64,000 bases of DNA, from assembly GCF_041146345.1 (NCBI RefSeq), contig NW_027191415.1, positions 186,001 through 250,000 on the forward strand. Direction: 5' to 3'. The notes under the pieces are model-generated. The model saw only the letters and a program-made list of their open reading frames with translations. It did no database searches and had not been told where the DNA came from. Made by a program: the position numbers and the translations under genes. Below are positions 1 to 13,400 of this stretch, piece by piece (position 1 is the first letter of the stretch; the number at the start of each line of letters is the position of its first letter). This stretch comes from Neodothiora populina. Taxonomy: Eukaryota.

Positions 1-1393
1 CAGAGGAGGAGATGGCGCTTATCAGCGACCGTCGTATTCTGCCCATCGCAACAAAACCCTCGTAGTGAATAATGCTGCTGGACCTCCTTCTAAAACCGAT
101 GACTCACATGTGACGCCAGCGGCAGATTCGCCTGGCTGGGTGTCAAGACGTGATCGAGGTCATATGCAACTCATCAACACGAACGTCTACGATCAGAAAA
201 TGCAGCAGAAACAAATGGACATGGAGGAAACAGCGAAACAGAAGCAGCGTCTGAGAAACGAACAGGAGAAAAACAAGGTCATTAGACATGTACACGGAAC
301 CACCACTGCTCAGCCAAACTCGGCGGCTGCAGCAACTCCTCGAGATATCGTCATCAACGATCTGAAGTTCCGCGTGTCCACTGATGGCAGTAAACTCATA
401 CGTGTGTTTGGTGAGTCTCCAGATCGGTTTGGCCTTCCAGGATATACGCTCAATGAAGCAGACGGCTCCAACAAGGACGCGCAATCCACTCCAAAACAAG
501 CGAAAGTCGCAGGTGTCACTTTTCATCGCAGCAAGCATGGAAATCTATACCGCGCTGGCCTTGTAAAGAGCTCCATGAGGTACTCCGCAAAGCCTCACCT
601 GGGCACCATTCGGTCACTTACTGACCGCGACAGAAAAACAAAACCGGCAAAGAGCGTGAAGCTTTGTCCAAAATTCACATCTACTGGTACCCGTTCTTCC
701 ATAACATCTCTGGCCAGTCGACGATTGACAGGAAGACATGAGACGAATCCTCTCCTGAATACTGTTGGTAGGCCCGATGGACAATCACTGACATTGAATG
801 CAGGTATATGCCCTCTTGGGCCGCGTTGCCGGTTCACCCACGACGTCAGCAGGATCGCAATATGTCCGCATTTTCTGCGCCACGGAGAATGCGCCGCCGG
901 AGATGAGTGTAACCTTTCGCATGACCTCACCCCTGAACGTGTTCCCTGGTGCATACATTTCATCCGTGGTCACTGTACCAAGGAAGACTGTCGCTTTCTG
1001 CACGTCCGTCCCAGTTCGACTGCACCTGTCTGCGGCCCCTTTGCCACCATGGGGTACTGCGAAAAGGGCGCCGAATGTCAAGGTCGTCACGTGAATGAAT
1101 GTCCAGATTATGCTAACACAGGTGTTTGTCGTAAACGCGATTGCCGTCTGCCTCATGTTGACAGTGTTGCGAACAAGCGCAGGGCAGAAGCGGTCAAGGT
1201 TGGCGACTCACAAGGTAGTCCCAACGCCATTGCCAATGATGCTTCTGATCTGTCCAGTGACGAAGACGACTATCAAGAGATTGACTCTGACGATGTCGAC
1301 TCTGATGACCTGGATGAGGAGGATGTGATCATGACTGGCTCTGGCCTACAAAGCCACGAGCTCTCTCAGCAACAAGACTTCATTTCCTTTTGA
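1..1393 (+). CDS. CCCH zinc-finger RNA-binding protein (ZC3H3/Red5-like), 5'-truncated by the window edge; introns ~411-461, 580-633, 687-803
   Basis: Tandem C-x7/8-C-x5-C-x3-H fingers (CPHFLRHGECAAGDECNLSH, CIHFIRGHCTKEDCRFLH, CPDYANTGVCRKRDCRLPH); GVTFHRSKHGNLYR motif; acidic tail; GT..AG introns with branch-like sites. Confidence 0.85.
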   Translation, partial: RGGDGAYQRPSYSAHRNKTLVVNNAAGPPSKTDDSHVTPAADSPGWVSRRDRGHMQLINTNVYDQKMQQKQMDMEETAKQKQRLRNEQEKNKVIRHVHGTTTAQPNSAAAATPRDIVINDLKFRVSTDGSKLIRVFGESPDRFGLPGYTLNEADGSNKDAQSTPKQAKVAGVTFHRSKHGNLYRAGLVKSSMRYSAKPHLGTIRSLTDRDRKTKPAKSVKLCPKFTSTGTRSSITSLASRRLTGRHETNPLLNTVGRPDGQSLTLNAGICPLGPRCRFTHDVSRIAICPHFLRHGECAAGDECNLSHDLTPERVPWCIHFIRGHCTKEDCRFLHVRPSSTAPVCGPFATMGYCEKGAECQGRHVNECPDYANTGVCRKRDCRLPHVDSVANKRRAEAVKVGDSQGSPNAIANDASDLSSDEDDYQEIDSDDVDSDDLDEEDVIMTGSGLQSHELSQQQDFISF

Positions 1394-2282
1394 TATGTAT
1401 CTTTGGCCGCACGATCGCGCATTTGGCGCCGGAGGGAGTTTTGGGCCTTTGCTAGGCCTTTCATTGATACCCTGCCTCTGGACTTGTTCTCGGCTTGGAT
1501 AGCTATCGATTCTTTATGTCGACTAGTAGATAATAAGCAACAGAAATAAAAAAAATCACTACTATATATATTACTGTCCACTTGCTTGACTCCCATGACC
1601 GCATTAGACAGGTTGCGCTTGTTCATCTATCCCCAGCCTTCTGAATCCACAGCAAAGCCCCCTTGCCCCTCGCGGCTTCTATAAACAGTAACCCATTACG
1701 AGCGCTATACTCAATCACGAGTAGATACAGCAGGAATAGGATGGAGAAATGTCGACTGCGACACAATATGTTGGCTTGGCCCGGTGGCACAGCCTCAAAT
1801 CCGACAGCTCCTCCGCAAGTCAGCCAACAGCGTTTACCCCGACCGGTTGATCGTCATGAGACACGGTAGGTATGGATGGATCAAGCACCGAGCAATACTC
1901 GAGTACAAAGAGAAATCTCCAGTGGTTGCACGCCTTGGGAGCTAGAAGACCCAATCGCGAGAATTATATACAACTCTGACGGCGATCCACCCAGGCTTTC
2001 TCCTTTTCCTCTGATTCCCTTTCTCTCTCGTAAAATAGTGGACCAGATCTGAATTGGGATTGAAATGCGATGCGACGCTGTCATTTCGTTACGCGCTGAC
2101 AGCATCAAAAGCTAATTACGGATGTAAATTGTTTCGAAGAAGACATTGGCGGAGGATAACATCTGTGCGACAACAAGAGTGTCCCATTCATTTGATTTCC
2201 TTGCTTGCTTTCTCTTTTTACATTTCATTCCTCTCTCCCACCATTCTAAAGTGAAGAAGCCGTCATCGTCGCAACACCCAAC

Positions 2283-4967
2283 ATGACGCTGAAAGATCTC
2301 CTCCACAAGCACAAACAGCTCCAAGAGACGGCGACAGCCACGACAGCCTCATCGTCGGCAAATCACCCCGCCAGAGGATCTACAGATGACACAACGCGCC
2401 CTTCTTCGGACAAATCCAGTGCTGGGCCTGATCTGCGTCCCCGATCATTCGATGTCGACAATACCATTCCTATCCCCGAATTTACATTTCTGAGAACGAC
2501 GACACACGACGAGGAGGTCATCAAGCCGCCTCATTACCCCGAGGATGACCATGATCACGCTAAAGGCGCAAAGAGCACCTTGGTGGAAAAGAGTCCCGAG
2601 AAGCAGAAGAAGAGAAGGAGTCTGTTCAGGAGCAGGAGTGGCACTCTCCCCTCGCGCTCACCCAGCACGCAATCGTTGAACAGCGTCAAGAGCGAGAATG
2701 GAATTCATACGGATGCGAATGTGCCGCCTCCACTGCCTCCTCAAGGCTCTGATGTTCTGGTCACTCCCACGCGACCAGAGGCTAAGCGCAAACTGTCTGA
2801 GCGACTACATCTTTCTAAGAGCCCGGCGCATACGCGACCAGAAGAGCTATCTCCAAACTTACCCAACGACCTAGGCGACGCGCCAGAGCCTGCACCCGCA
2901 CCATCAGAAGGACCCGACGCGAGAGGCAAAGTCAAGGAGTATGAGACCAAGCAGGTTCGAGCACGGAGAGAAGACTTGTGGGAGCGACGCGCTTGCAAAT
3001 TGGCTGCACATTTACATGTTCCCACTGCTGGTCCCTGGGGCATGTCGGGCACTCCAGAGCGAAAGAAGCGAGGCAGTTTCATCGACGAGAAAGAAGAAGT
3101 CAATATCCAACAGGCAATCATACTACACGAGTCCGGCGAGCTGGACCGTTCCACCGCCATATTCGGTCGCCTGGCAGATCCCAGGGGAGCGAACAACCCG
3201 CTCAGTCAGGTTCTGTATGGACTCGCGCTGCGACATGGCTGGGGTGTTGAACCCTCCGCCGAGACCGCCGTTCTCTATCTCTCGCTCGCCGCACGTACCT
3301 CTGCTCAGATACAACAAATGTCGTCGACGGGAGGGGAAGCAAGAGGCGAATTGATCCTCGCCATGTTCGAGCTTGGCAATTGCTATCGATTCGGCTGGGG
3401 ATGCAAGGTCGACAAAGTCGCCGCCAGAGTCTTTTACGAGGTGGCTGCGAACTTGGGCGATCCGGATGCGCTTGAAGAGATCGCTTGGTGCTTAATGGAA
3501 GGATTTGGCGGTCCCAAAGACAAGGTCAGTGCAAGTTGCCTCTCTCATTGTTTTCACATTGTCTTTTTCGCGTTTTCTTTTCGCACGTTTTGTTCAGCTC
3601 GCGTTGGATGTCAAACTCTCATTTTGTGCTGCTTCCTATCCTATAAGCTGCCAAGGAACCAAGATCAGGAGGTTGGGAGAGCCTGTTCCTTCCTCCGTCG
3701 GGCATCTGTGCAGCTTGGCGTCTTCGTCACCGCTCCGACCAACGGCGGTAAAGAGGGTTGCGACTGGCGCAAACACCTTCCCTTCCTCACATCCTGGCCT
3801 GGTATCGTCGTCCTGTCGGAATGAAGCCGCTCTCTAGCACGCGAAATCTCGGGCAGCAATCCAGCAGCCTGATATATTCTTTGACCGCCAGTATTCCGTC
3901 CTCCTTGCATTCAGCTCGTGACTTCAAGGAGATGACATTTGCGAAACCTGGTCCGGCACCTGAATCCGACCTTCCCCTACTCGTGCGATCTCTTCCATGC
4001 CTGGCTGCAAGCCCGTGTGCCATGGCCTCGGTGACGTTTCTTGTTGCAGATGCGCGCAAGGAAGAAGCTGCTGACCACGGGCCTCGCCTTTTCTTTCTTC
4101 TTACTTTTGACTTTTCCTATTCTTGAACGCATTGCTTCGCTTTGCTTTGCTTTGCGTTTGCGCGCGCACTTTCTTTCGATTATTTACTTGGTCTAAGCGA
4201 ACCGAAGTCATCATGCTGATTTGCTCTACCTTACAGCTACGTGCTGCCCAGTATTATCGTTTAGCAGAATGCGCGGGAAGGAAGCGGGTCGGCGAAAGTT
4301 GGTATGTTCACGTGGTTTCTTTTACTGTTCTTCACTTTACCCGCTACTTGACCCGCAATTCGCTCCCTCGTGTCCTACAATCCACCTCATTGGTGGTCGA
4401 CATTCCTCGGAGCATTTCTTACTCACTACGGCTGCACCGCCTCATGAGCTATCTTTGAGCCGACCTTCGCGCTTGGGAAAGCGTCCCTGCAGCGGCTTCC
4501 GGCGGCTTTGATCTCTCTCGTTCTTATTTGCCAGCCGAAACCTCGCAACAAGCCAAGCTCAGACGGCACCGCTTTCGACCTGCACCTCTTGCGCGTTTCC
4601 GAAGCGAGCCTCACTGCACTTCATACAAACATGCATGCATGATACAGTAGAGTCGTGACGAAGCTCCAAAGTGCACTTGCGTGTGTGCCTGCCTTGGTCT
4701 CGGGTGAGCTAAGAGCCGTCCGGGAACAGTTCCAATTCGACTATTACTCGATCCGACTACTTTTGATTCCGACGTTTCAGAACGGATTACCCAATGATGT
4801 GGTCTTCTGCTAATTACTCGCTCTTCGGCCTCGTTCTAACCGGCTGGGTCACTTTCGGATGCACCTTTGACGCTTATCATACATATACGGGGAATCCAGT
4901 CAGGCTGACTTTTGCTTAATACAGGATCTGGAAGGACAAGTACAATATACCGCTTCCATCGAGCTAA
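2283..4967 (+). CDS. Sel1-like repeat protein (Dsf2/Nif1-like); exons 2283-3524, 4237-4301, 4925-4967
   Basis: SLR motifs LSQVLYGLALRHGWG, MFELGNCYRFGWGCKVDK, AANLGDPDA. Splicing (GTCAGT at 3525, TACAG to 4236; GTATGT at 4302, TACAG to 4924) restores the family C-terminus RAAQYYRLAE..GESWIWKDKY. Confidence 0.82.
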
Positions 4968-7350
4968 TGAGACCGCGATTCGGGCATCATGACTTTTGAC
5001 ACAAGCAACGAATATTCGAACATGGTAGATGAATGACCCTTTTTCTTTCTAAAATGATGACCGCGGAGGACCTAGCGTTCCAATATGACCGAAACCCTCT
5101 AGCTCATGACGTCCTTTTCTGATGCTTCCCAATGCTTGCAAGCTAGCGCGTTACACGCTAGAAAGAGCTACGAGGACCCTCCCTTGCGTGCCTTTTTTCC
5201 CGGTGCCGAGATACGAACAAGCCTGGCCATCCCACGAGAGTAAGCCTCATGCCATACCGGAAGCAGGTCTACAAACCCCTAAAACAGCATTTGGCATAAC
5301 GACCAAGCCACCTATCATTGGGCTTTTGCCTTTACAACCCAACATAGTGCCCACATAGTACCTACGACGCATTTCGGGGCGCGCGCATCCAAGAAGAGAA
5401 GCCCTTGCATGCTTATCGCTGTTCAGTCAACCACTCTCGACCGCACATCGCCTGGAGCTAGACAGCTTGCGATTTCTGCACGTATCATACCATTGTATTG
5501 ATGCCATACCTCCATACCCCACGGGGCAAGTCGAAGATATTCCGCGGACGACGCCAAGTCGTCCCAGCCATCTGCCCTAATATCAAGCTGGAGTTCAAGG
5601 TACTCGAAAACACGCACACTAGACGTTCTGTATAGCATACTTCCGCGGCGATGTTTTACTTCTTGCCAGTCTGTTCTGTTTGTGCATGCACGCATACATC
5701 ACTCTTACCTCCCTCCACTTAGGCCTCGCTCGGTAAAAGCGATACAGAACCGACGCAAGAGTCCCTCTGCATCGCAGCGTACAGGAAAGGAACCTGATCA
5801 CCTCTTTCCGGTTGCCTTTTGTTGTCGTCGTGTCCATCACTATCAGGTAGACAGCCAACCGAATAGCTAGCTAGCCGGCTGATTTAGCTACGATACGTAG
5901 GGCAGACAGAATTGATAGTCTTCGCTTCGCCTCTCCACGTGCATGACATGTATGTATGATGTGTACCTGTATGTCTAAGTGTACCTTAAGCAACAATGTC
6001 TAGCATAGCATATCATAGTCTATAACGCATGACTCACTCGATGACAGCCCTTTGATACACAGAACAGTTTCTCCAGTCTGCCTTTCATTATAGCGTAAGT
6101 AGTCTCGGCTGCATGTACGTACGTGATGTGTCATATCATTCGCTAGCGAGCGAGCCAGTTGGTAGAGAATGGACTTCCTTATCGTGGTTCTCTATCGATG
6201 TGCGTGAGCTTCCTCAGCTAGCTATGAGTGAAGTCCACACGCATGAGAATGCAAGTACCGTCGTTGTGCTTTGCGACTTGGTTTATCGATTTACTGGACT
6301 TTTCGTGTACATGGTAAATGCACTCATAAAGATCGAGGTTTCAATCAGTTCAGAGTAGTCATGAGCCCAAGAAGAAGAAGAAGTTTCATTAACTCTGTTG
6401 TTTCCAAGAGAAAAGATTCAACCTATCGTTATCATTGTTGATCCTGCCATGATCAAGAAAGCAAAAAGGTGTCATGGTTCATTATAATCGTGTCATGAAC
6501 AGAAGAAAGAAGAAAAAAAAAAGGAGAAACAAGAACAACTTCTCGTCGTCAATCTTCGATCGTAGCCCCTCCCGCCCTCGCCCAACTCTCTCAGAGTCAG
6601 TCATCATTTCAACATCAACAATAACACGAATGTAACCAACGCTTTCTCAATAATACTTGAGCAAAACAACATGAAAAATGAAAACAAGAGCAGAAAAAGA
6701 CGAATATGTGATCACTAATTATCAGATCATGAAGTCATTATTGAAGAGAAAAAGAAAAAGGGAAGAAAGAGGCAAATTCGAATAGTATGTAGCAAGATTG
6801 TAGAAAACAATTCGTCAAGGACAGAATCGAATGTTCGTCGTGAGACCTTTGCCCGCTAATAGAAAGAAAAGAAAAAAGAGGCAACGCAGACCACCGTTTA
6901 CATGAAGCAAAAACGGTTGGCCGCTCCAGTAAGACTGACAAAAGTCCTCGCTTGCTCTTCGGAGAAGAGACAAGGCAGATAAGAAACAAAAGTCATCTCA
7001 TGTCGAGATCTTGGCATCGTGAAGAAAGAAGAAAAGTAGATTGTATTGGTCGCTCCATGAGTTGTTGTAGCAAAATGGTGATTGCATCATGTGCCATGAT
7101 CGTTAATGTCATTCCTATCGTAATAATCGGGGATTCCGAAATTTGAAAAGATAAAAAGGTGTAAATGAGTGTGTCGAAGTTTCTTGGGAGGGGAAATTGG
7201 TTCAAAGGCTCCGTCCATCATGTCGTTATACAAAAGGAAAAGAAGAGATAACAAAGGGGAGATCCGCCGTTCTGCTGGAACAATGTATCTGTCGAAAATG
7301 TGTGGGTCGCGCTGCGACTCCATCTGATACAGATGGAGCCGTCGCTATGC

Positions 7351-9364
7351 TCAACTTCTTGACATGTAGTCATTGTTGGATTTGTTGTCTAGGTTGTTGT
7401 TGTTGCCAGTGCTGGAAGTCGTGGCTTGGGCTCTGCTGTCTTGGACGGCTTGCTTGAACTGCTTGATGACGTGCTCAGGCACTTGGTCCCACAATAGAGA
7501 CCTTGTGTAGACGTCTGCTGTACTGCCCTTGGCAAGACTATCCTGTCGCATGTTGCCGAGAATATCGGCAAGATTGCGTCTACCTGGACGGGAGACAGGC
7601 TTTGCGGACTGCTCAGGAGACGGACCAGGTTGGGTAAGCGAGTTGTACTGTTCTGGGGTCAACATCGAGGTCTGTTCAGCCAGCTGACGTCTGGTAGGGC
7701 TTGTCAAGTGTCGGTGCATGTCGGCGATGGAGTTGCTTTCCGGCATGTTGGACTGCCAAGCTGTCATCAGACTGGTAGGATCGGTGAAGTCCATAGTGTA
7801 CTGGCTGGGCTTGTTGGGGACATCGGTCTTTACGTCTTGAAGCAGGTTCGTAAGAACAGTGTCCGAGACTGCGCGAACATTCTCAGGCATGCAGGGAATG
7901 ACCTGGGGCTTCGACGAGGCGGAGTTGGCTGCGACGAAAGCACCACAGAGCAGAAGCATGAACAAAACCCCATTCGGGATTTGGTTGTCAGCGTCACTCC
8001 CCTTGGCCTTCTCGGTAAGTACAGAGTCGGGTAGCAGTTTGGAAGGTTGAATGGTCGCCTCGGATGCTACACACTCGCCGATCATCTCCCAATCGTGCTC
8101 CGGATTGAACATTCTGAAAGGTTTGTCCCATTCAGGAGCGTTGAGACTGAAATGATCCAGGTCCGAGTTGAGATCGGTGTAGCCTGTACTGCTCGGAGCT
8201 GCAGACATTGCAGGGGCAGGAGAATGGATTCTATCTTCCAAGAAGGCAATCTTCTGTCGAAGAGCTGTCGTGAGCTGGGTGTGCTGGATTACCATGTTCT
8301 CTTTCTCTTGGCGCATCCCCTCCATGGCAACTTCAGCTTCACGTAGACTGCGTTCGAGGTACTGCTTTGTCTGCACTTCGTTCTCATAGCGATGTGCATA
8401 ATCCCGGACGTCAGACTGCAAGTTGCTGATGACGCTGTTGAGTCCATTGACCTTGACCTCTAGGTCTTCGGTGTGCTTCTTCTTGCGTTGACGTGAAGCA
8501 AGTCTGATTGGAAAGGTCAGTATTTATGATGGTCAGTAGGCAGGGAAATACATACGCAGCCTCCCTATTTCGCAACAGTCTTTTCTGCCCTTTCAGTTCT
8601 TTCAGAAGCTGTTCGTCATTCTCGGCTGCCATCAGCTCCTCGATCACGGGAACGGTCCTCCCATCCGGAATGTCAATCTTGGCATTCTTTTTCCGGACTC
8701 CATCACCCCTGCGCTTCTCCATTGTCTTGGGAGAACTGTTGATGCGCAAGTGCGTCGGAAAAGCACGGCCTTCCTTCTCCAACGACCGCAGGGCCTCCCA
8801 GTCTTCATGTGAATGAGGAGACATGGGTGTCTGGACCTGTGCATTGGCCTTGAACGTTTGCTCGCGTTGGATAGGAGTGAACGTCGGAGGACTCGTGAGA
8901 GGCTGGACATGCCCACCATTTGAGAACTGCGTCGTCTCAAACTTCTGGGGCAGGCCATCAAACACAGAAGAAGCACTGATGTTCGAGTGATCGATTAGAT
9001 AACCTCCAGAGTGGTAGTACTGACTCGAGTCATGTGGCATGAACGTGCCACCGTCATAGCGAAAAGCTTGATTCGGCATGGCATTGACATGATCGTTGCC
9101 GCCATGTGACATGAACTTGGACTCCCAGCCTGGCAGACTACCCGAAGGCGAGAGTACACCTATGCTGGTCGCAAAGGAGTCTTTGCGATATTGCGCATGA
9201 CTATCCCCATGGGACATGATCTGGGGCTCTGAAGTGGGGGATTGCAGTGGCTGATTTTGCAAGTTGGTATCGTGGTAGGCTAGTTGTTGGTCGTCATGAT
9301 TCGTGTCGTTAGTGCTGTTAAGATCAAATTCAAATTGTCGTTGTTGATTTTGCTGGTATGCCAT
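7351..9364 (-). CDS. bZIP transcription factor with a C-terminal hydrophobic segment; intron 8504-8555
   Basis: Basic region KRLLRNREAA|LASRQRKKKHTEDLE joined across a GTATGT..CTGAC..CAG intron, followed by a coiled coil; GVLFMLLLCGAFVAA segment; ATG at 9364. Confidence 0.88.
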
Positions 9365-12300
9365 GGTGGAGTTCTTGTATGCACCAAGGCTCAGCGAATG
9401 GCGGTGTAGAACGGCTAGCTCCGGGATTCCTGGCGGTGGCAACGACTTTAGTGACCAAGTGATATGATAGCGAAGGGAATCGGGGATTTAGTTTTTATAT
9501 GGGTAGAGTGGGTGGTTTCTTGGAATAGAAAGATAAATGAACGTGCGGATCGGGGGGGGTGGGAGCAGAAATAAAGAACGGTCAAGGATGATTGTGGGAT
9601 TGTTGATACTTTAGAGTTATCAAACGAGTAAGAGCGAAGTGGAAAGCAAAGTCAAGGTCAAGCGATGGCACGGCTCAGGTGCTCATATGCACTTCCGCTC
9701 GCGGGCCGTGTATATAGTCACAGACTGCAAACAGTAAGGTAAGCAGAAGAGAGAGAGGTCCATACAAGTGTCGCGCAAGCAACATCGGGCAGAATCCCAG
9801 GTGACTCGCGTGGCGGCTTCACGAGCTGTCCTGGCTGGATTAGAACATGAGTGACGCAGAAGCCACGAGGGGCATGAGCTCGGCATGTTCTGTAAAAAGT
9901 CTGATCCTTCGCGATGACAAGCACATGCTTCTGGACGGAGTTTCCCTTGTCACCTTTGGGCAGAGATGCAGCACAGTGCTTGTGGGGCTTGCAAACAAGT
10001 GGTCGGTGGATGCGCGCGAAGTAATGGGCCCTGCAGCCTCAGCCACCACCCCGCAAGACGAATCTGTCCCGAGACCACCCTCTTCGAGGACCATAGCGTG
10101 CTGTGATTTGCCAAGGGCTATGCTATTGAGATCGATGTCACTGCAAGCACCTGCATACCGCATGTAGGCGATCCAGCCCAAGACGGCATCTGTTTGAGGT
10201 GTGTGTGTGGTTGGCTCTCTATATCTACTGGAGAGCACAGCTGACCAGAAGGATCCTATCAGCAGTAAAGCCACCATAAGCGAGGGACAGATTCCCTCAT
10301 GAGTTGGGCCTCAGTATCAGAGTCGAGGCAGTGGAGGACTCGCAATTTGCTCTGACCAAGCATAAACAGTAGACCTCTGACTCCTCTAGAGTGAAACGAT
10401 GGCTTGTCATGACTGATTTCAGACGACGGAGCCACTGCAGTCAAGAAATCCATTAAGTCGAAGGGTTTCACGATTGCTTCGATAGGTGGGTCCTGTCATT
10501 CGCACGGCCCCTTTGCCGGAGCGGGCCTCTCGTCCCGACGCGTCTTCCGTTGATCCTGTCGATACGGAACAGAACCTGAACTTTTTGTTGATACCTTAAT
10601 CAGGGAGATCTTACCCTACTATAAGGCTACAGTCATTTTTCCTCCTCCCTTTTCGGTCTGGTACGACTTGTTGTCGATGCCCAACAGCTCTTGATTGAGA
10701 ACAGCCAAGGAGAGCGTCATCATGTTTATTTACCCATTTTGTCAATATTAATGTACTTCCGATGACGATTTGTCCCGTTCTGGCTATCAATTGGTCCGAT
10801 TGCTGTAATCTATCACGCGTGATAGAGCAAGATCCCATCCATGCTTTACCCGCCTCGAGACGGCATTCAGGCCGAGTTTGCTTCATGTCGGACTTTGTAG
10901 ACTTCCGTCAATAGCCTGTCAGGCTGCCAAATCTTGCTGCAGTAATCAGGCAAACAACTTGGCTAAACGACACTCGCAACACACGTACGCAAGTGGGCGT
11001 GGACGACTGGAGTTGCCATACATCCAATATGTGAGATCTCCGAGCACAGTCACCTTGTCGACGATGGATCCCGTTGTTTTCCTCTGCCCACCGGCGTTAA
11101 TGCAACAGAGCTCGGCTTGACTCTTTAAGTGAGCGACAACGCTATCTGCAAATGCTCTATTCGCGCTTGTTTCCCGAAAGTGGCCCGGAGCACCGTCTTA
11201 TGCCATTCGCAAACCTCATCCAGTAGCGTATAGCTACAACAACCATCTGCGACGGCTTGTATGTGGTTTGCGGCTAGATATATTACTAATCGGGGCAACG
11301 AGCGCACGAATCGATTATATACCAATAACCGACGATCAAACTCAGCCACGGGCCAAGTCAACCAGGAGCACATACCAGCCTTTCTACGGTAACTGTCAAG
11401 CGCCGGCTTGTTGACAAAGATAGTCGTCTGAGTTTTGACGATGGCCTCGCGCCAACGTTGCGACGGCTTGGTCTTCAAGTTGCGGCTAGACCGACTTCCG
11501 TTGCTTATCTGATTTCAATCCGTCTCGACATCTCGAGTGAAGAGAAGATCACTCCCTCAGCTGCGTTAAGACGACTAGGCACGGTCCGCACGACTCAGCA
11601 CGGCGAGAGTGTCTGCCATTTGACCAGGCTCCGTTTTCGTCCATGATTGCACGTTAAAGAAAAAAATTCATTGAATGTTCCTAAAGATAGTGGTTCCGCT
11701 AGGTGTAAGTGAAGGTCCTAGATCAGCCCATAGTAACGAATATCCGACAGCAGAAAAATTTACGACGAGTCGCAAAGTCCCCCCATTTGCATCGCCACGA
11801 TCTGGTCACGCGTGTAGGTGTGTGTTTCCATCTTGTCAAGCAGTCCAGCGGTCAAGGCCCCTCTGAGTCACCCTCGAAACTTTGGGAGGCACAACGAAGC
11901 CTCACGAATGAATTTTCTCTCCCTTTTGTCTTGGGTCAGAAAGGGAGAACAGGGGGGTGAAATTGATTTCGAGTAGCCAGTGGTTGCACAAAAAAGTAGG
12001 CAACTCACATGCAACACACATGCATGCCGGTACACGTGCTCCTGACATCCCCGTGCAAGGATTCTCTACGAGCTGTCATACCACGATTGGATATGCTGTC
12101 ACATACTCCATCGGGGAGTTTTGATCCAAGTGCACTCGACCCAGCCGGAACATTCTCATATCATACTTTCTACATCATACATACGTTCATCAACGACGAA
12201 CCTTATGCCAACTTCGCTGGCTTTATTTTCTGTTCTCGCTCCGAATCCAAGTGAGGAGGGAGCAGATCCCCTATCAATCTGTAATTTCTCCTCTTCGCAA

Positions 12301-13400
12301 TATAAGACGTCAGGTAGCATTTTGCGGTGTAGAACTCTTGATCTTGTGATCTAGGAAAAATGCTCATATTTAGAATAAAAAAAAATGACATTTGCTGTTT
12401 ACGACCGCAGTCTTCGATTGGTATTCAGTTGTCATTTTCGTGTGGAGCATTCCTCAGCGCTTTCGGAACCCGCGTGAATAATCACGTTGTCTTTATATTA
12501 TTGTACACCGGAACAAATCAAACACCTCCAATCAATTCCAAAGCAAGACTTTCCACAGGAGAGTGACCTTCAATCTGCGAGGCAAAAAATCCCAAAAAGA
12601 AAAAGGAAAATGAAAGAAGTGTGGTTGTATGCATACGCCGTGGTACAGCATAGGCAGTAGTAGTCCGTGACAGTCGAAGATTCCGAATCAGCGTTCAATG
12701 CTACCTACTGTACTGCACGTCAAAAGACACATTCGCTTCGTTCGCGAGCAGGTAGACTTTGCTTAGTGCACTGCAACACTACAGGGATGAATCCAGTGAA
12801 GGCAATAAGACACAGAGATAGCTATACTACCTGACTCTGTTGACAGCGTTACCCTCTTACTCTACTCCATGGCTAAAACTTCGCTTCGTAGACTCTACCA
12901 ACATTATTATCGAAGACAAAACATAAAGCAAAAGAGCTCTATTACAAACAAGAGAAATGGACAGATCCACCGTTCGTCCATATACTACAACATTAGCGAT
13001 TCAACATGCTCGCGAATCGTTACTGACAGCATTTTGAACAAATAACAATGTCAGGATCTTAGTTCCACGACATCTTTGCGATATAGATCATAGGACTACT
13101 GTCTTCTTCCTCCGGACGTTATAGCATTGCAGCAAACTGTGAGCACACGTGTAAGCATAGTAGTATAACGACAGGTACCCTGGACGTGTTACAACCTGTC
13201 CTTGTGCGCTGATAGTTATCCTACTAGTCTCGATCTCAAGAGAAATATCATAAGTTTCAATGCTCCCCTGGTTCTCTCCTAGATATTTACATGACCCATC
13301 CTCATACAATCGATGAAGTGTGCGTCCAATATCCCAAAGCCTATCAAGATCTCATCCGACGTCCACTAGCTGTTTTTATTGCGCAGGACAACTCTTTTAA

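Noticed and set aside
4794..4910. Possible box C/D snoRNA in the second long intron (ATGATGT..CTGA)
   Set aside because: The C box is imperfect and the CTGA coincides with the intron branch site
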